Source: Andalucia godoyi And28
Taxonomy: Eukaryota; Protista; Jakobida
Length of the DNA stretch: 64,000 bases
Reading direction: 5' to 3'
Assembly (NCBI GenBank): GCA_009859145.1
Contig: VRVR01000014.1
Coordinates: 3,548-67,547 of the forward strand
Shown in pieces: positions 54,587 to 64,000 of the stretch (positions are counted from its first letter, which is position 1; every line of letters starts with the position of its first letter). A model generated the notes under the pieces. It was not told the origin of the DNA and did no database searches. It was given only the letters and a program-made list of their open reading frames with translations. A program made the position numbers and the translations under genes.

Positions 54587-55744
54587 ATGCAGCTTCGTTT
54601 TGCTGTTTTCCTTCTTTGGGCATGTGCTGCAGTGGCGCTTGCGTCGGGCATCAAGGTTTCTTTGAACCAGCGCGAGGTTTCCGCGCAGGAGTCGCAAGCG
54701 CGAGTCAAGGCCATCCGAGCTGTTCAGAGCGGAGCGGCGTCGTTTGCACCGCAGAAGTACTCTGTTGATGCAGGTACAAAGGTGCCTCTGACTGATTTCA
54801 TGGATACGCAGTACTTTGGCGAGGTCCAGATTGGAACTCCTGGTCAGTCGTTCTCGGTTGTGTTCGACACTGGATCGTCAAACCTGTGGATTCCGTCCAA
54901 GAAGTGCCTGTCTCCTGCGTGCTTCTTGCACCACAAGTACGACTCTACAAAGTCGTCCACGTATGTTAAGAACGGCGAGACGTTTGATATCCAGTACGGT
55001 TCGGGCTCCGTCCAGGGGTTCCTGTCGCAGGACTCTGTTTCCGTCGGAGGAATTGCGGTGAAAGAACAGGTCTTCGCAGAGGTTATGGAAGAGAAGGGAC
55101 TTTCGTTCATCTTTGGAAAGCTCGACGGAATCCTTGGAATGGCATGGCCCTCCATCTCCGTGGATCAGGTCAACCCGTTCTTCCAGAATGCCGTCAAGGA
55201 CGGCGCTGTGCAGGAAAACTTGTTCCACTTCTACTTGTCCAAGACCGCTGGAGACGGAAAGTCGGAAATGGTCCTCGGAGGAATCGACACATCTGTTGTT
55301 AGCTCGGATTTCTCGTACGTCCCGTTGACCAACACTACCTACTGGGAATTCGCCCTTGACGGTGTCAAGGTTGGTTCTTCCAAGGCTTTCGGTAATGCTC
55401 ATGCGATCGCCGACACTGGTACTTCATTGATTGCAGGCCCCCCTGCAGCCATGAACGCGATTCTTGCCGGACTCAAGGTCAACCAGGATTGCTCCAACAT
55501 TGACTCGAACCCGGACGTCACATTCACCATCAACGGAAAGGATTATGTGCTCAAGCCCAAGGACTACGTCCTCAAGGTCACGTCGCTTGGACAGACCGAG
55601 TGCTTGGCCGGATTCATGGCCATCCAGCTCCCGCCCCAGCTCGGCGACCTCTTCATTCTCGGAGATGTCTTCTTGTCCACCTACTCCCCGGTGTTTGATG
55701 TTGGCAAGCAGCGCGTCGGCTTCGCCACTGCCATCCAGAACTAA
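54587..55744 (+). CDS. Aspartic protease A1 (cathepsin D-like)
   Basis: Signal peptide, QYFGEVQIGTP, two catalytic DTG motifs (VFDTGSSNLW, IADTGTSLI), FILGDVFL. Confidence 0.95.
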   Translation: MQLRFAVFLLWACAAVALASGIKVSLNQREVSAQESQARVKAIRAVQSGAASFAPQKYSVDAGTKVPLTDFMDTQYFGEVQIGTPGQSFSVVFDTGSSNLWIPSKKCLSPACFLHHKYDSTKSSTYVKNGETFDIQYGSGSVQGFLSQDSVSVGGIAVKEQVFAEVMEEKGLSFIFGKLDGILGMAWPSISVDQVNPFFQNAVKDGAVQENLFHFYLSKTAGDGKSEMVLGGIDTSVVSSDFSYVPLTNTTYWEFALDGVKVGSSKAFGNAHAIADTGTSLIAGPPAAMNAILAGLKVNQDCSNIDSNPDVTFTINGKDYVLKPKDYVLKVTSLGQTECLAGFMAIQLPPQLGDLFILGDVFLSTYSPVFDVGKQRVGFATAIQN

Positions 55745-55920
55745 ATGGGATTGTGTGTGGATTTTCTTTTTGTTTTGTTTTCTTTTTTCTTTTGTAATAG
55801 CGATATGATTTTAAATAGCAAAGGAAATAAAGAAAGGAAAGGAAAGGAAAAGAAATGGAGGAACAATGCTGTCAGTAGTTGGTCAGTACTGTTATGTACA
55901 AAACTGAAAGAATGCACGCA

Positions 55921-55921
<1 letters not shown>

Positions 55922-56008
<87 letters not shown>
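55922..56008. repeat. Compound (CA)n(TA)n(GA)n microsatellite between convergent genes
   Basis: Direct inspection. Confidence 0.9.
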
Positions 56009-56041
56009 AGGAGATTGCAACGGAGAATACTCTAAAAACAA

Positions 56042-57802
56042 CTACAAGAGAGAAGGAACAATCGCAAGAATGACTGCGATCCAGACAGTCATCGCGGGCA
56101 CGGCTGCGATGTACTGATAGAACAGCAACGTGGAGACTTCGTCCGTGCCGTACTTGTGAATAATGGATTGCGTGCCAAGGTTCATGGCCCCAGGACAGGT
56201 GGTCTCCGCGAGCAGCATAAACAGAAGAACTGGGTCGCGCGATTCCGTGGGCACAATGACCCACCACAGCAGAATTGTAACACAAAAGTTGATGAGAGGC
56301 GAGATGACGAGCTTGCCGATAAGCGATGCGGCAACAATGGTTTTTGTTACCACCGGCTGCTGCTTCTCGGCGTGCCGGCCTTGCTTCTCCAATTCTTTTT
56401 CTTTGATGCGCTGTTCGCGCTGCTTGCGATGGGTATTTGCAAGCGAACTTCCCAACGTCAGCATTGAAATCGCCAAAAAAGCGTCGGAAAACTGATAGGC
56501 CGTTGCAACTACGGCGTTCCAGATTGGCGGCGGATCCGTGAGCAGGAAGGACTTGACAACTGGGATGAGACCCACAATCGTCCCGCATGCGTTGGCGAGC
56601 GTAGGTGGCGAAAAAACATTCTTGAGCATTGCCTTCCTTGTCGCTAGTCTTCTTGCTGCCGTATCCGCACTGCCGCTTGCCGATATTCCAGCAGTGGAAG
56701 CGTTTCTTCTGCGCATCCATCCAAACCGCGAGGTTCGCTTCTTGCCCGACCCCGCAGCATCCTCCGCAGTCGCAGTCGCAGTCGCAATCGCAGGATCTGA
56801 CGATGAAGAGGAAACCCCCATAGAAGACGAAAGCAGCGATCGCCGGTCGTGGTTCTCATCCGCATGGCTTTCTTCGTCGTCATCGAGACTGATGTCTTCC
56901 TTTGCGTGCAGATCGACCTCTCTCCGACACCGATCCGCAGGCGCTTCCAGATCTCTACTGCAGTTACCTTCCACAAATGTGCTTGTGCTTTCAGCATCGC
57001 TGGGAACAGCTGGAGCCGTCGTCATTTCAAACATGTGTGCTTGCAACCCCGCATCCAGCCCGTTCTGGCGCTGACGCCGTTCACTCTCGAACGCGTCACG
57101 AAGAGACATGTCTTCTGGCACCTGGTGTGGTCTTCTCAACCTCGAAATGCCCCATGTCCACGAAACGCAATTCCAGACTACCAGATAAATGGCGATGTAC
57201 GTCACTGCTCGTTCTTCAGGAGCCAGATCCGACGCCACTCCATGAAACCCCGAAAAAATCCCAGGAGACGACAGAACGGCAACAGGAAACACTTGGAATG
57301 GAATGTTTCCCGAGTTCGACCAGGTTATCGTCGCTTCCAACACGCGTTGCACGGCCACAGGAACCCAGAGAAATCCCAGCGGGCCTTCACGCGAGCCCTT
57401 CGGGGCTGCGGTGTGATCCTGAGCCTGATCTTGAATCGTGGATGGGCTTGGTGCATGCCGAGTTCTGCCGTTAGCACGCAACTGCCTCTGAAGCCCTATG
57501 CTCGATAAGAAGCGCAGCAAAAACACAATGCATCGGGCAACTCCAAAGGAAACTAGAATATGGATGATGGACACGACAAGAATTGGCCACCAAAACGACA
57601 GTCGGTGTGCAGTCACTGCAGCCGCAACCTTGAGAAACAAAAAGATCGGAAGCAGAATGTGAAACTGCAGATTGGAGAGAATGGATGGCAGCGATTCTGG
57701 CGCAATCTTGGAATGAACCGCATAGTAGCCAAGTGCGCAACCCAGCAAAACCGTCAAGACTGCACTCGACGACGACAAGAAAATGTCGAAAATCGCGAGC
57801 AT
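56042..57802 (-). CDS. PIN-LIKES/auxin efflux carrier family membrane transporter
   Basis: Two TM bundles separated by a long hydrophilic loop; WSNSGNIP, FSPPTLA..G.IVGLIP, ETTCPGAMNL motifs; start MLAIF at 57802 (upstream ATG 57871 possible). Confidence 0.85.
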   Translation of the reverse strand: MLAIFDIFLSSSSAVLTVLLGCALGYYAVHSKIAPESLPSILSNLQFHILLPIFLFLKVAAAVTAHRLSFWWPILVVSIIHILVSFGVARCIVFLLRFLSSIGLQRQLRANGRTRHAPSPSTIQDQAQDHTAAPKGSREGPLGFLWVPVAVQRVLEATITWSNSGNIPFQVFPVAVLSSPGIFSGFHGVASDLAPEERAVTYIAIYLVVWNCVSWTWGISRLRRPHQVPEDMSLRDAFESERRQRQNGLDAGLQAHMFEMTTAPAVPSDAESTSTFVEGNCSRDLEAPADRCRREVDLHAKEDISLDDDEESHADENHDRRSLLSSSMGVSSSSSDPAIATATATAEDAAGSGKKRTSRFGWMRRRNASTAGISASGSADTAARRLATRKAMLKNVFSPPTLANACGTIVGLIPVVKSFLLTDPPPIWNAVVATAYQFSDAFLAISMLTLGSSLANTHRKQREQRIKEKELEKQGRHAEKQQPVVTKTIVAASLIGKLVISPLINFCVTILLWWVIVPTESRDPVLLFMLLAETTCPGAMNLGTQSIIHKYGTDEVSTLLFYQYIAAVPAMTVWIAVILAIVPSLL

Positions 57803-58088
57803 CTGCTGTTCTTCTTCTTGCTGTTGTTGTTGGTGGCGGTGGTGATGGATCTCAAGGTACAGTACAAGCAAACATAATAAGGACCTTCTTTTTAATAAAA
57901 GAAATGGAAAAGAAGGGGAAAAACCTCTACAAAGATAATATTACAACAAAGAAACACAGCAGATTATTGCGAATAAATACTTTTGAAAAAGCAGAGGATG
58001 AATTTTCAAATATTGTTTTCTATAACCAAACCAAATCAAGGAAAAGTTGAAAGGCTGATAGGAACTGCACCAAATAAATCGCAACGCG

Positions 58089-58569
58089 AAAAGAAAGAGC
58101 TCAACTTCGGGTTGTTCACCGTTGAATAAATGACACGCCATTGTCATGCATACGGGGAAGTATACGTAAACAGACACGGTCGACACTGGCCTACACTAGC
58201 ACGTTTTTGTTTCACAGGAATTCGTGCTTATGCACGCTCGGCCAAAATTCAGCAGGTGACACAGGCTCTGCATTTTCGACACTATCTAAGGCAGCATCCG
58301 TAGCCATCTATTCTATCATTCGTTGGTTCCACTTTTTGCAACGTTTGTTCCATAAGGCGACCGAGTATCGCGAGCGGCGGAAGCAAAGTGGTTGCATGTT
58401 CCCGCGTGCAGCTCACCGATTGATCGAGATTGGGAACGGAGTGTGGAGCATTTATCTGAAGAGCGCCGTGAGGCATGTTGGGGCCTATCCCCTTCGCGGC
58501 AACGGGGATGCAAGGATTGAGTATGCATGGCTATTCGTAGATATACATGCTCAGTGTGTAATGTAGGGG
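58089..58569 (-). ncRNA. Candidate structured ncRNA/dispersed element, copy 2 (full-length form, ~481 nt)
   Basis: About 100-nt block nearly identical to copy 1 (one indel, roughly 7 substitutions), shared 3' block, structured but divergent middle, ends in a T-run. Confidence 0.55.
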
Positions 58570-58651
58570 AGGATTCGATCCAAAGATGAGTCTCGCTGCG
58601 AGAAATGTAAAAGTCAAAAGCCGTTCTGGGCGGTTTTGATTAGTTTTTCTG

Positions 58652-58733
58652 TCGTGCATGCCCGAGTGGTTAAGGGAGTAGCCTTAGGTGCTATGGGCGA
58701 TTAGCCTCCAGGGTTCGAATCCCTGTGCACGAA
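58652..58733 (+). tRNA. tRNA-Leu(TAG), long variable arm
   Basis: Acceptor TCGTGCA/TGCACGA, anticodon arm GTAGC-CTTAGGT-GCTAT, variable arm GGGC-GATTA-GCCT, T arm CAGGG-TTCGAAT-CCCTG. Confidence 0.9.
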
Positions 58734-58825
58734 GACTGCCCATTTTTGTTTGGGCATCGGTAACGACGACTTTCTTCTATTATTATAATTTTTTTTATTT
58801 AAATAAATTATTATTTGTTTTATTT

Positions 58826-60301
58826 TTACAACTTCGTTTCAGGAGAGCTCCCGGATGCTTTGGCGGGGACGTCTGCGTGGGGCATGAAACCTTGCCATTG
58901 GAGCCTACCGAACCTCTTGATCGTTGCTGCTTCGAGGCTCTGACGATGGTTCGGGTGCGCAATGGACGTGAGCAAAAGAGCTCTTTCGCGCAGGGATCGT
59001 CCAAACAAGTCCACGATTCCATACTCTGTGCAAATGAAGTGAGCATGAGCGCGCGTCGTCACGACTCCGGCGCCCTCCTTGACGAACGGAACGATTCTGG
59101 ACTCCCCCTTTGCAGTTGCCGATGGAAGCGCAATGATGGGCAGTCCGTCCTTAGATAGTGCAGCACCACGGGCGAAATCCAGCTGACCCCCGAATCCAGA
59201 GAACATCCTTGTGCCGATGGAGTCCGACACAATCTGGCCTGTCAAGTCGACTTCGATGCACGAGTTGATCGACACCGTGCGATCGTTGCGCTTGATAACA
59301 GCTGGATCATTGATCACGCTTGATTCGTCAAAGTGGAACATCGGATTATCATCAATAAAGTCATACAGCTCGCGCGTTCCGACGCAAAAGGCAGCAGAGA
59401 TCTTTCCTGGCATAAAGTCTTTTTGGTCATTGGTCACCTGGCCACTCGCAATCAAGTCCAGCACACCCGGCCCAAGAAGCTCCGTGTGAATGCCAAGTTT
59501 TTGTTGTCCGGTTCGCACGAGAGACGCAAGGACCGCGTCGGGTATGCCACCAATTCCCATTTGCAAGCACGCGCCGTCCGGAATGATCGCGGAAATATGC
59601 TCGCCAATCCGCGCAGAAATCTCCGCCTCACGGTCCGAGGCAGTTCCAGCTGTCGCAGGAGCCTCGTGTTTCTCATAAATAGGCGTATCGGAATGGACAA
59701 TGAGATTGATGTTAGATGCATGGATAAGACCCCTTCCGTGGGTTCGGGGCATCGAGGGATTCACAACCGCAATTACCTGCTTGGCAGACTCCACAGCAGC
59801 CAATGCAACATCCACAGACACACCGAGAGACGCAAATCCATGCTGGTCAAATGGGGAAATTGTGACGAGAGCAATGTCCAATGGAAGCTTTTTTCTGCGG
59901 AAAAGCAAAGGGATTTCCGACAGAAAGATCGAGGTGGCATCTGCATCTCCGCGATTGACGGCATCCCGCAAATTGGCCCCAATGAAAAGCGAGTTGGATC
60001 GAATGTTTTGCGGATGGCGCAGAAACGGAGTCGGTCCTTCAATGTGCAGGTGGTGGAGGCGCACATTGGTCACCGAGTTTGCAGGAGCATCATCCAAACG
60101 ACGAGCCAAAGCGTCCAAAAGTACAGTCGGACATGCAGCAGCCGTGTGCACGTATACATTGCTATTCGACCCAATCACACGGACCGCTTCGTCTGCCGTC
60201 ACCGTCCGAGGAAGCTTGGATGGATGAAACACGATCGGAATCGAAGACTTTGTCGAATACGCACACCGTCGGATACCGCGAGATATTCTAGTCGACAGCA
60301 T
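58826..60301 (-). CDS. Family I CoA-transferase (4-hydroxybutyrate CoA-transferase / ASCT-IB-like), probably mitochondrial
   Basis: Arg/Ser-rich presequence-like N-terminus; LQMGIGGIPDAV, IHTEL, EVDLTGQIVSDSIGTRMFSGFGGQLDF.RGA, GVVTTR motifs. Confidence 0.9.
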   Translation of the reverse strand: MLSTRISRGIRRCAYSTKSSIPIVFHPSKLPRTVTADEAVRVIGSNSNVYVHTAAACPTVLLDALARRLDDAPANSVTNVRLHHLHIEGPTPFLRHPQNIRSNSLFIGANLRDAVNRGDADATSIFLSEIPLLFRRKKLPLDIALVTISPFDQHGFASLGVSVDVALAAVESAKQVIAVVNPSMPRTHGRGLIHASNINLIVHSDTPIYEKHEAPATAGTASDREAEISARIGEHISAIIPDGACLQMGIGGIPDAVLASLVRTGQQKLGIHTELLGPGVLDLIASGQVTNDQKDFMPGKISAAFCVGTRELYDFIDDNPMFHFDESSVINDPAVIKRNDRTVSINSCIEVDLTGQIVSDSIGTRMFSGFGGQLDFARGAALSKDGLPIIALPSATAKGESRIVPFVKEGAGVVTTRAHAHFICTEYGIVDLFGRSLRERALLLTSIAHPNHRQSLEAATIKRFGRLQWQGFMPHADVPAKASGSSPETKL

Positions 60302-60760
60302 ATTCACTTTTCCCTCTCCTCCTCTGCCTCTTGTTCACACTTTTTTCTTTCTTCTTCTCTCAAACAACTCCTTTTCACAAAAACCAACTCCCGCTACGAG
60401 CCAAGGAACGTGTGAAAACCTAATAAATCAAACAAACAAAAGAAAGAAGGAGGGGAAAAAATAAATTAAAAAAAGCGCACACAAGCACACCCACGCAAAA
60501 AGACTTGCCAATGCGTCAAAATAGCTCGGCGAGCGGAAGGCGTTCTCGGATGGCTTTTATTTTTAGCTTCCATTGATTCCTTTTGGGGGAAAGAAGACTC
60601 CCGCAAAAGACCCTCCGCGAATCGGAATTTCATTTATTGTGACGAAAAAAGAGGAGACACAGACAAGGAGAGACAGAAACAGAGAGACAGCGGGAGGCAG
60701 AAAATAAAAACTGTAGAGATAAAACTCGAATACACCAAAATCTCGACAAATCTTTGCACC

Positions 60761-60763
<3 letters not shown>

Positions 60764-60816
<53 letters not shown>
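60764..60816. repeat. (CA)n microsatellite
   Basis: Direct repeat. Confidence 0.9.
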
Positions 60817-60817
<1 letters not shown>

Positions 60818-60992
60818 CGACACATGTGCTGGTACAAGATACATCATCATCATCACGGCAGACAGAAAAAGCAGGATGGAAAGAACCAAAACCAAAGACT
60901 CGTGGATCATATCATAAATGGATTGAAACTAGTATCAGCCAAAAAGCAGTAATGGAAGGAAAAGAAGTGCATGGAGATGACAACAGGGAGGA

Positions 60993-63656
60993 TTATTCAT
61001 CCTTGACGAGCCCTTCGACAACAACACGTCGAACGGCCACAATGTTTCCTCCGCGGACATTGTTCTTGCACACCACACGAAGATACTTGCATACAGGCTC
61101 GCCAGGCAGCATGAATCGCTGTGACCACTTCTTTTCTGCAGCAGAGGTGGCAGAACCGGACACGGGATATTCACACTTGTGGGTGGTAATAAGAACCCAC
61201 TTGTCCGGGACGTTGGAGGTGTAAACTTCAATTGTTGCCGGTGCAGGATCCGACGACTCCACCGTAACAGCCGCCACAAAGCACAGCAAATCTCGGCAAA
61301 GAGTCAAGTCAACAGCCGGAGACACGGTCTTCCAAACCGCATCTCCATCGTTCAGAACATTCTCAACAACGTTGTATGGCTCGTGGACAGCATCCCACTT
61401 GGAGTACGTGTACGGGTGCTGGATGGCAAGCGGTAACTGCTCGGATCGCTCGACTTGTGCTGCAACACGCTGCAGGTTTCGCTTGAGAGCATCCACCATC
61501 GGTCCGAACTCGGAATACTTGACACCGAGCGTCTGGCGCAAACGTGTGTCTTCCTGCTGCTGTGCAACACGCGAAGATTGTGCGTCGTTCAGCTGCGCCT
61601 CGAGGTCGCGCAGGCGGTTCTCAAGCATCGCAACTTTCGCTTCTGCATCGTGGAGTTCGGGCAGAGCGATTCCATATCCTGAAGACGTATGGGCACCCGA
61701 CGAAAGATGCAGGGACGCATTGGTCGATGCAAGAAATGCCGCTCGGTCATACGCCTCCATGCAACGCAAATAACCAAGGGCAGCAGGCAGACGAGGAGGA
61801 TCAAAAAGTCGAGCATATTCGGCAGCTTCGTCGCGGAACTTGGTGGTCATGGATGCCATCGTTCGGAGTTTGGCCTCCAGGACTGCACGGCCTTCGCGCA
61901 CCCTGTCAAACCATCGCTGCGCAATGAACCGACGAGCAACAGACTGGCATACAATCACACAGCGCACATACTGCATATACGACTCACGGCACTGTCTCGC
62001 AAGCACGCGGGCCTGCATCTTCATGATCATCGATCGCGTCTGCACATACTGCGAATTCTGAACGTGCATACGGTATGTCGATTGAATGCACACTGCAGAT
62101 TCGTGGCGACGGTCGGCACGCATACGAATATAGCGCTTCTGTGCCAATCGAGCACGCAGCCATGCCTGCAGCCGAACAACCTTTGCAAAATCGCGCTTGT
62201 ACGCAGCCTTGGCAACATGCCCACGCCAAATACGCTGGATGTCAGCAGCAAAATGTGTTTGGATGTATGCGAGAATGTCATGCGCGGTCCAGCGATCGCG
62301 AGGGTTGGGCAGCAGCACATTGTCGACCACGGTCTGGATTCGCGGATAATCCTGCAGGAGATCAAGGTCCAGGGCGGCAGACAGGACGTCTTCGCGGAAC
62401 GATGTCTCATCATGCGTCGAGAATGGGAATAAGCGGGTGCACATGACGAACATGGTGACCCCAAGCGCCCAGACATCGATTGACGTGTCGTACGGCTCCA
62501 GCTTCAGAAGCTCCGGAGCCCAGTAAACGAGGGTTTGTGGGATTGCCTGACCAATCAACACCTTGGAGAACAGCTGATGGGTCTGTCGCGCTGCATCGAG
62601 CTCCACACGGCCCATCATTCCAAGCATTGCAGATCCGTGCGCATCGAGCAAGATTGCAGACGGACGGACCCGAGCATGAATCAAATTGCATGAATGGAAA
62701 GCAATGAGGGCTTTTGCAAGATCTGCGCACCACTTCAGCGACTGCCGGTACCCAACCTTTGGAACGACCTTTGGCAGCGAGGACGCACTGCTCCTCACGT
62801 TGGACAGAGAGGGGGTTGCGTTTCCTGCGGAAGGGGCAGAAGAACCAATTTCTTGCAACGCAAGCTTCTGGGACAGCGTGCCTCCAATCGCCTCTTCCTC
62901 CAGAGTCACGAGGGTCTTGTATGTGTATGCATTTGGTGCTGGCTCTGACCAATACGAATACAGCGACACAACATTTGCATGTCCCTGGAACCGCATAAAC
63001 GTGTCCGCTTCATACACCTTTAAATCATAGATTCGGCGATCCATGCATTCCCTTCGCTTCAGAATAAGCGGAATGTCCGCCAGATGCGGTGCACGTGGAA
63101 AACATCGGTACGTCTGGCCGTGCAAGATCGCCAAATCACCGCGCTTGGACGCAAGCGCAGTTGAAAAGTCAATTTCCAGCTCCTCCACCGCCTTGATCGC
63201 CGATAACTCCGAAGCATTCTCTCGCGCAAGAGAAGCCGAAGACGAGAATGCCGAGGCTCGCAGACGACGGCTCAATTCCTGGTGCTGTGCGCGCCGTGCC
63301 GAAGTCACCACACCCGCAAACGACGGAGTCATAGGCCTAATGGAGTTCAAAGCGCTTGCATTCCCATTCTGATTGCTCCCATTGGCATTGGCATTGGAAC
63401 TTCCATTGATGTTGCCGCTGCTGTTGAGGTTCGTTTGCGAGCTTCCGTGATTGTTCTTCGAGCTGGGGGTGTCCGGGGCAGCAGCAGACATGTTCGCAAA
63501 GGGCTGAGCAGACGTCGGGGTTGTTGGTGAAAACGGCGTCGAGCGAAAGGACGCACCGCCCCCAGAAAGTGAGGACGCCCGCGCTCGAGAAGGTGAGTTC
63601 AGCGCCAGTGCAAACTTGCTCAGATCGGCAACACGAATGCCTTTCGGTGATTCCAT
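60993..63656 (-). CDS. Pseudokinase with IQ motifs, coiled coil and C-terminal discoidin/galactose-binding-like domain
   Basis: Kinase subdomains HANVVSL, YWAPE, DVWALGV; catalytic loop HARVRPSAILL; five IQ-like motifs; C-terminal NVL.D....WKT...CKYLRV. Confidence 0.8.
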   Translation of the reverse strand: MESPKGIRVADLSKFALALNSPSRARASSLSGGGASFRSTPFSPTTPTSAQPFANMSAAAPDTPSSKNNHGSSQTNLNSSGNINGSSNANANGSNQNGNASALNSIRPMTPSFAGVVTSARRAQHQELSRRLRASAFSSSASLARENASELSAIKAVEELEIDFSTALASKRGDLAILHGQTYRCFPRAPHLADIPLILKRRECMDRRIYDLKVYEADTFMRFQGHANVVSLYSYWSEPAPNAYTYKTLVTLEEEAIGGTLSQKLALQEIGSSAPSAGNATPSLSNVRSSASSLPKVVPKVGYRQSLKWCADLAKALIAFHSCNLIHARVRPSAILLDAHGSAMLGMMGRVELDAARQTHQLFSKVLIGQAIPQTLVYWAPELLKLEPYDTSIDVWALGVTMFVMCTRLFPFSTHDETSFREDVLSAALDLDLLQDYPRIQTVVDNVLLPNPRDRWTAHDILAYIQTHFAADIQRIWRGHVAKAAYKRDFAKVVRLQAWLRARLAQKRYIRMRADRRHESAVCIQSTYRMHVQNSQYVQTRSMIMKMQARVLARQCRESYMQYVRCVIVCQSVARRFIAQRWFDRVREGRAVLEAKLRTMASMTTKFRDEAAEYARLFDPPRLPAALGYLRCMEAYDRAAFLASTNASLHLSSGAHTSSGYGIALPELHDAEAKVAMLENRLRDLEAQLNDAQSSRVAQQQEDTRLRQTLGVKYSEFGPMVDALKRNLQRVAAQVERSEQLPLAIQHPYTYSKWDAVHEPYNVVENVLNDGDAVWKTVSPAVDLTLCRDLLCFVAAVTVESSDPAPATIEVYTSNVPDKWVLITTHKCEYPVSGSATSAAEKKWSQRFMLPGEPVCKYLRVVCKNNVRGGNIVAVRRVVVEGLVKDE

Positions 63657-63950
63657 TTCGTTCGACCAAACAAAACCCAACAGAAGGCGACAAGAAATAG
63701 AAAGGAGAAAATATGGAGAGGCAGAGGCAGAGAGTATGTGTTTGTCTGTGTGTGTGAGTGTGTATGTGAGTGTGCGTGTTGCTTTGGAAGACTTGGCGAC
63801 GATCAGAAAACAGAGCTTGACACGGGAGAACGAAAAAAAGGAGACACTGTGCAGGGAGTCAGAGTATGTAAAGAACAGAAGCAGAAGAAAGAAAAGGAAA
63901 AGGAGAAAGAAAAGGGAAAGGAAGGAACGCCAAAATGGAAAAACACGATT

Positions 63951-63952
63951 TC

Positions 63953-64000
<48 letters not shown>
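63951..64000. repeat. (GA)n microsatellite running to the window end
   Basis: Direct repeat. Confidence 0.9.

Overview
Gene-dense, intron-poor eukaryotic (protist-like) nuclear DNA. It has about 30 protein-coding genes separated by short AT-rich, microsatellite-rich spacers, and only 2 introns that I could support (both with yeast-like 5' splice sites and CTAAC branch points). It also carries 3 tRNA genes (Asp-GTC, Met-CAT, Leu-TAG) and a decayed CACTA/Mirage-like transposase at about 1.9-3.7 kb. Most genes are recognisable housekeeping genes: DNAJC3, G3BP-like, RMI1, QCR8, cyclin C, SmB, NLE1, ABCC, eIF3m, MED18, PEX12, UNC50, kinesin-3, PCF11, GCLC, LDAH, MUS81, VAMP7, cathepsin D, PILS and a CoA-transferase. 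The most striking unexplained signal is a dispersed intergenic element present four times (12.8, 48.4, 50.6 and 58.1-58.6 kb). It has fixed short motifs separated by hairpins whose sequences vary while pairing is kept, and G-U wobbles favour one strand, so it looks like an unannotated structured ncRNA family or RNA-based mobile element. Two proteins have unusual architectures: a dynein-MTBD-like / F-box / MTBD-like protein, and a pseudokinase with IQ motifs and a C-terminal beta-sandwich. All assignments come from motif recognition by eye; no database searches were run, and the organism is not identified.
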